From the IMG/VR virus record IMGVR_UViG_3300025018_000091: a DNA stretch of 64,000 nt; one strand, given 5' to 3'. Every line of letters starts with the position of its first letter. Position 1 is the first letter of the stretch. A model generated the notes under the pieces. It was not told the DNA's origin and ran no database searches. It saw only the letters and a program-made list of their open reading frames with translations. This document shows, piece after piece, positions 63,994 to 64,000 of this stretch. Source of the stretch: a virus (taxonomy: Duplodnaviria; Caudoviricetes). A program made the position numbers and the translations under genes.

Positions 63994-64000
63994 GAAAATA
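63990..64000 (-). CDS. 3' end of a further array gene continuing beyond the window
   Basis: xTA TTT TCA TGA (..FS*) overlapping ATG 63993. Confidence 0.55.

Noticed and set aside
1-64000. Stop-codon reassignment (TAG or TGA), suggested by the RF2 gene
   Set aside because: Genes read intact in code 11; TAG ends plausible genes (7475, 20701, 33223) and TGA ends many array genes; no suppressor tRNA was found.
49802-64000. Integron-like cassette array with a DNA recombination site at gene ends
   Set aside because: The junction motif varies synonymously (Ser TCN and AGY, Phe TTC and TTT), genes overlap with no attC-like palindromes, and no integrase is visible.
49802-64000. Diversity-generating retroelement as the source of array variability
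   Set aside because: No reverse transcriptase and no template/variable repeat pair differing at adenines; divergence looks old and general.
1-64000. Eukaryotic giant-virus origin (paralog array, papain, repeat protein)
   Set aside because: Shine-Dalgarno sites, ATGA coupling, a bacterial RF2, lipoboxes and CCA-encoding tRNAs fit a bacteriophage better.

Overview
The window looks like an accessory/early region of a large tailed bacteriophage (inference). It has densely packed short minus-strand ORFs with GGAG ribosome-binding sites, free-standing homing endonucleases, tRNAs, RNA-repair enzymes, a bacterial RF2, and no recognisable cellular housekeeping operons or core virion/replication genes. 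Cys-rich lipoproteins and many sigma54-type motifs weakly suggest a GC-rich deltaproteobacterial/myxobacterial host. Left part (1-39 kb): a long minus-strand unit with two radical SAM genes, an RNA ligase, a HAD RNA-repair phosphatase, three FETNSSSSHS paralogs, HNH/LAGLIDADG nucleases, tRNAs and many degenerate tRNA-like or structured RNAs. Middle part (39-47.9 kb): visibly GC-rich, with clustered GG-N10-GC (sigma54-type) motifs and most of 18 copies of a palindromic element GCCCCATCRRGTRANNGGGGCAA-N9-T(G/A)(T/C)A. There is an abrupt compositional junction near 47.9-48.1 kb. Right part (49.8-64 kb): a very AT-rich, translationally coupled array of about 28 divergent Zn-ribbon proteins that share a C-terminal K-(L/I/V)-K-(T/L)-x-x-x-F-(S/L/A)-COOH tail, with RF2 and a papain-like protease embedded in it. 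This tailed array is the best candidate for an undescribed system. All calls were made by eye and no searches were run.
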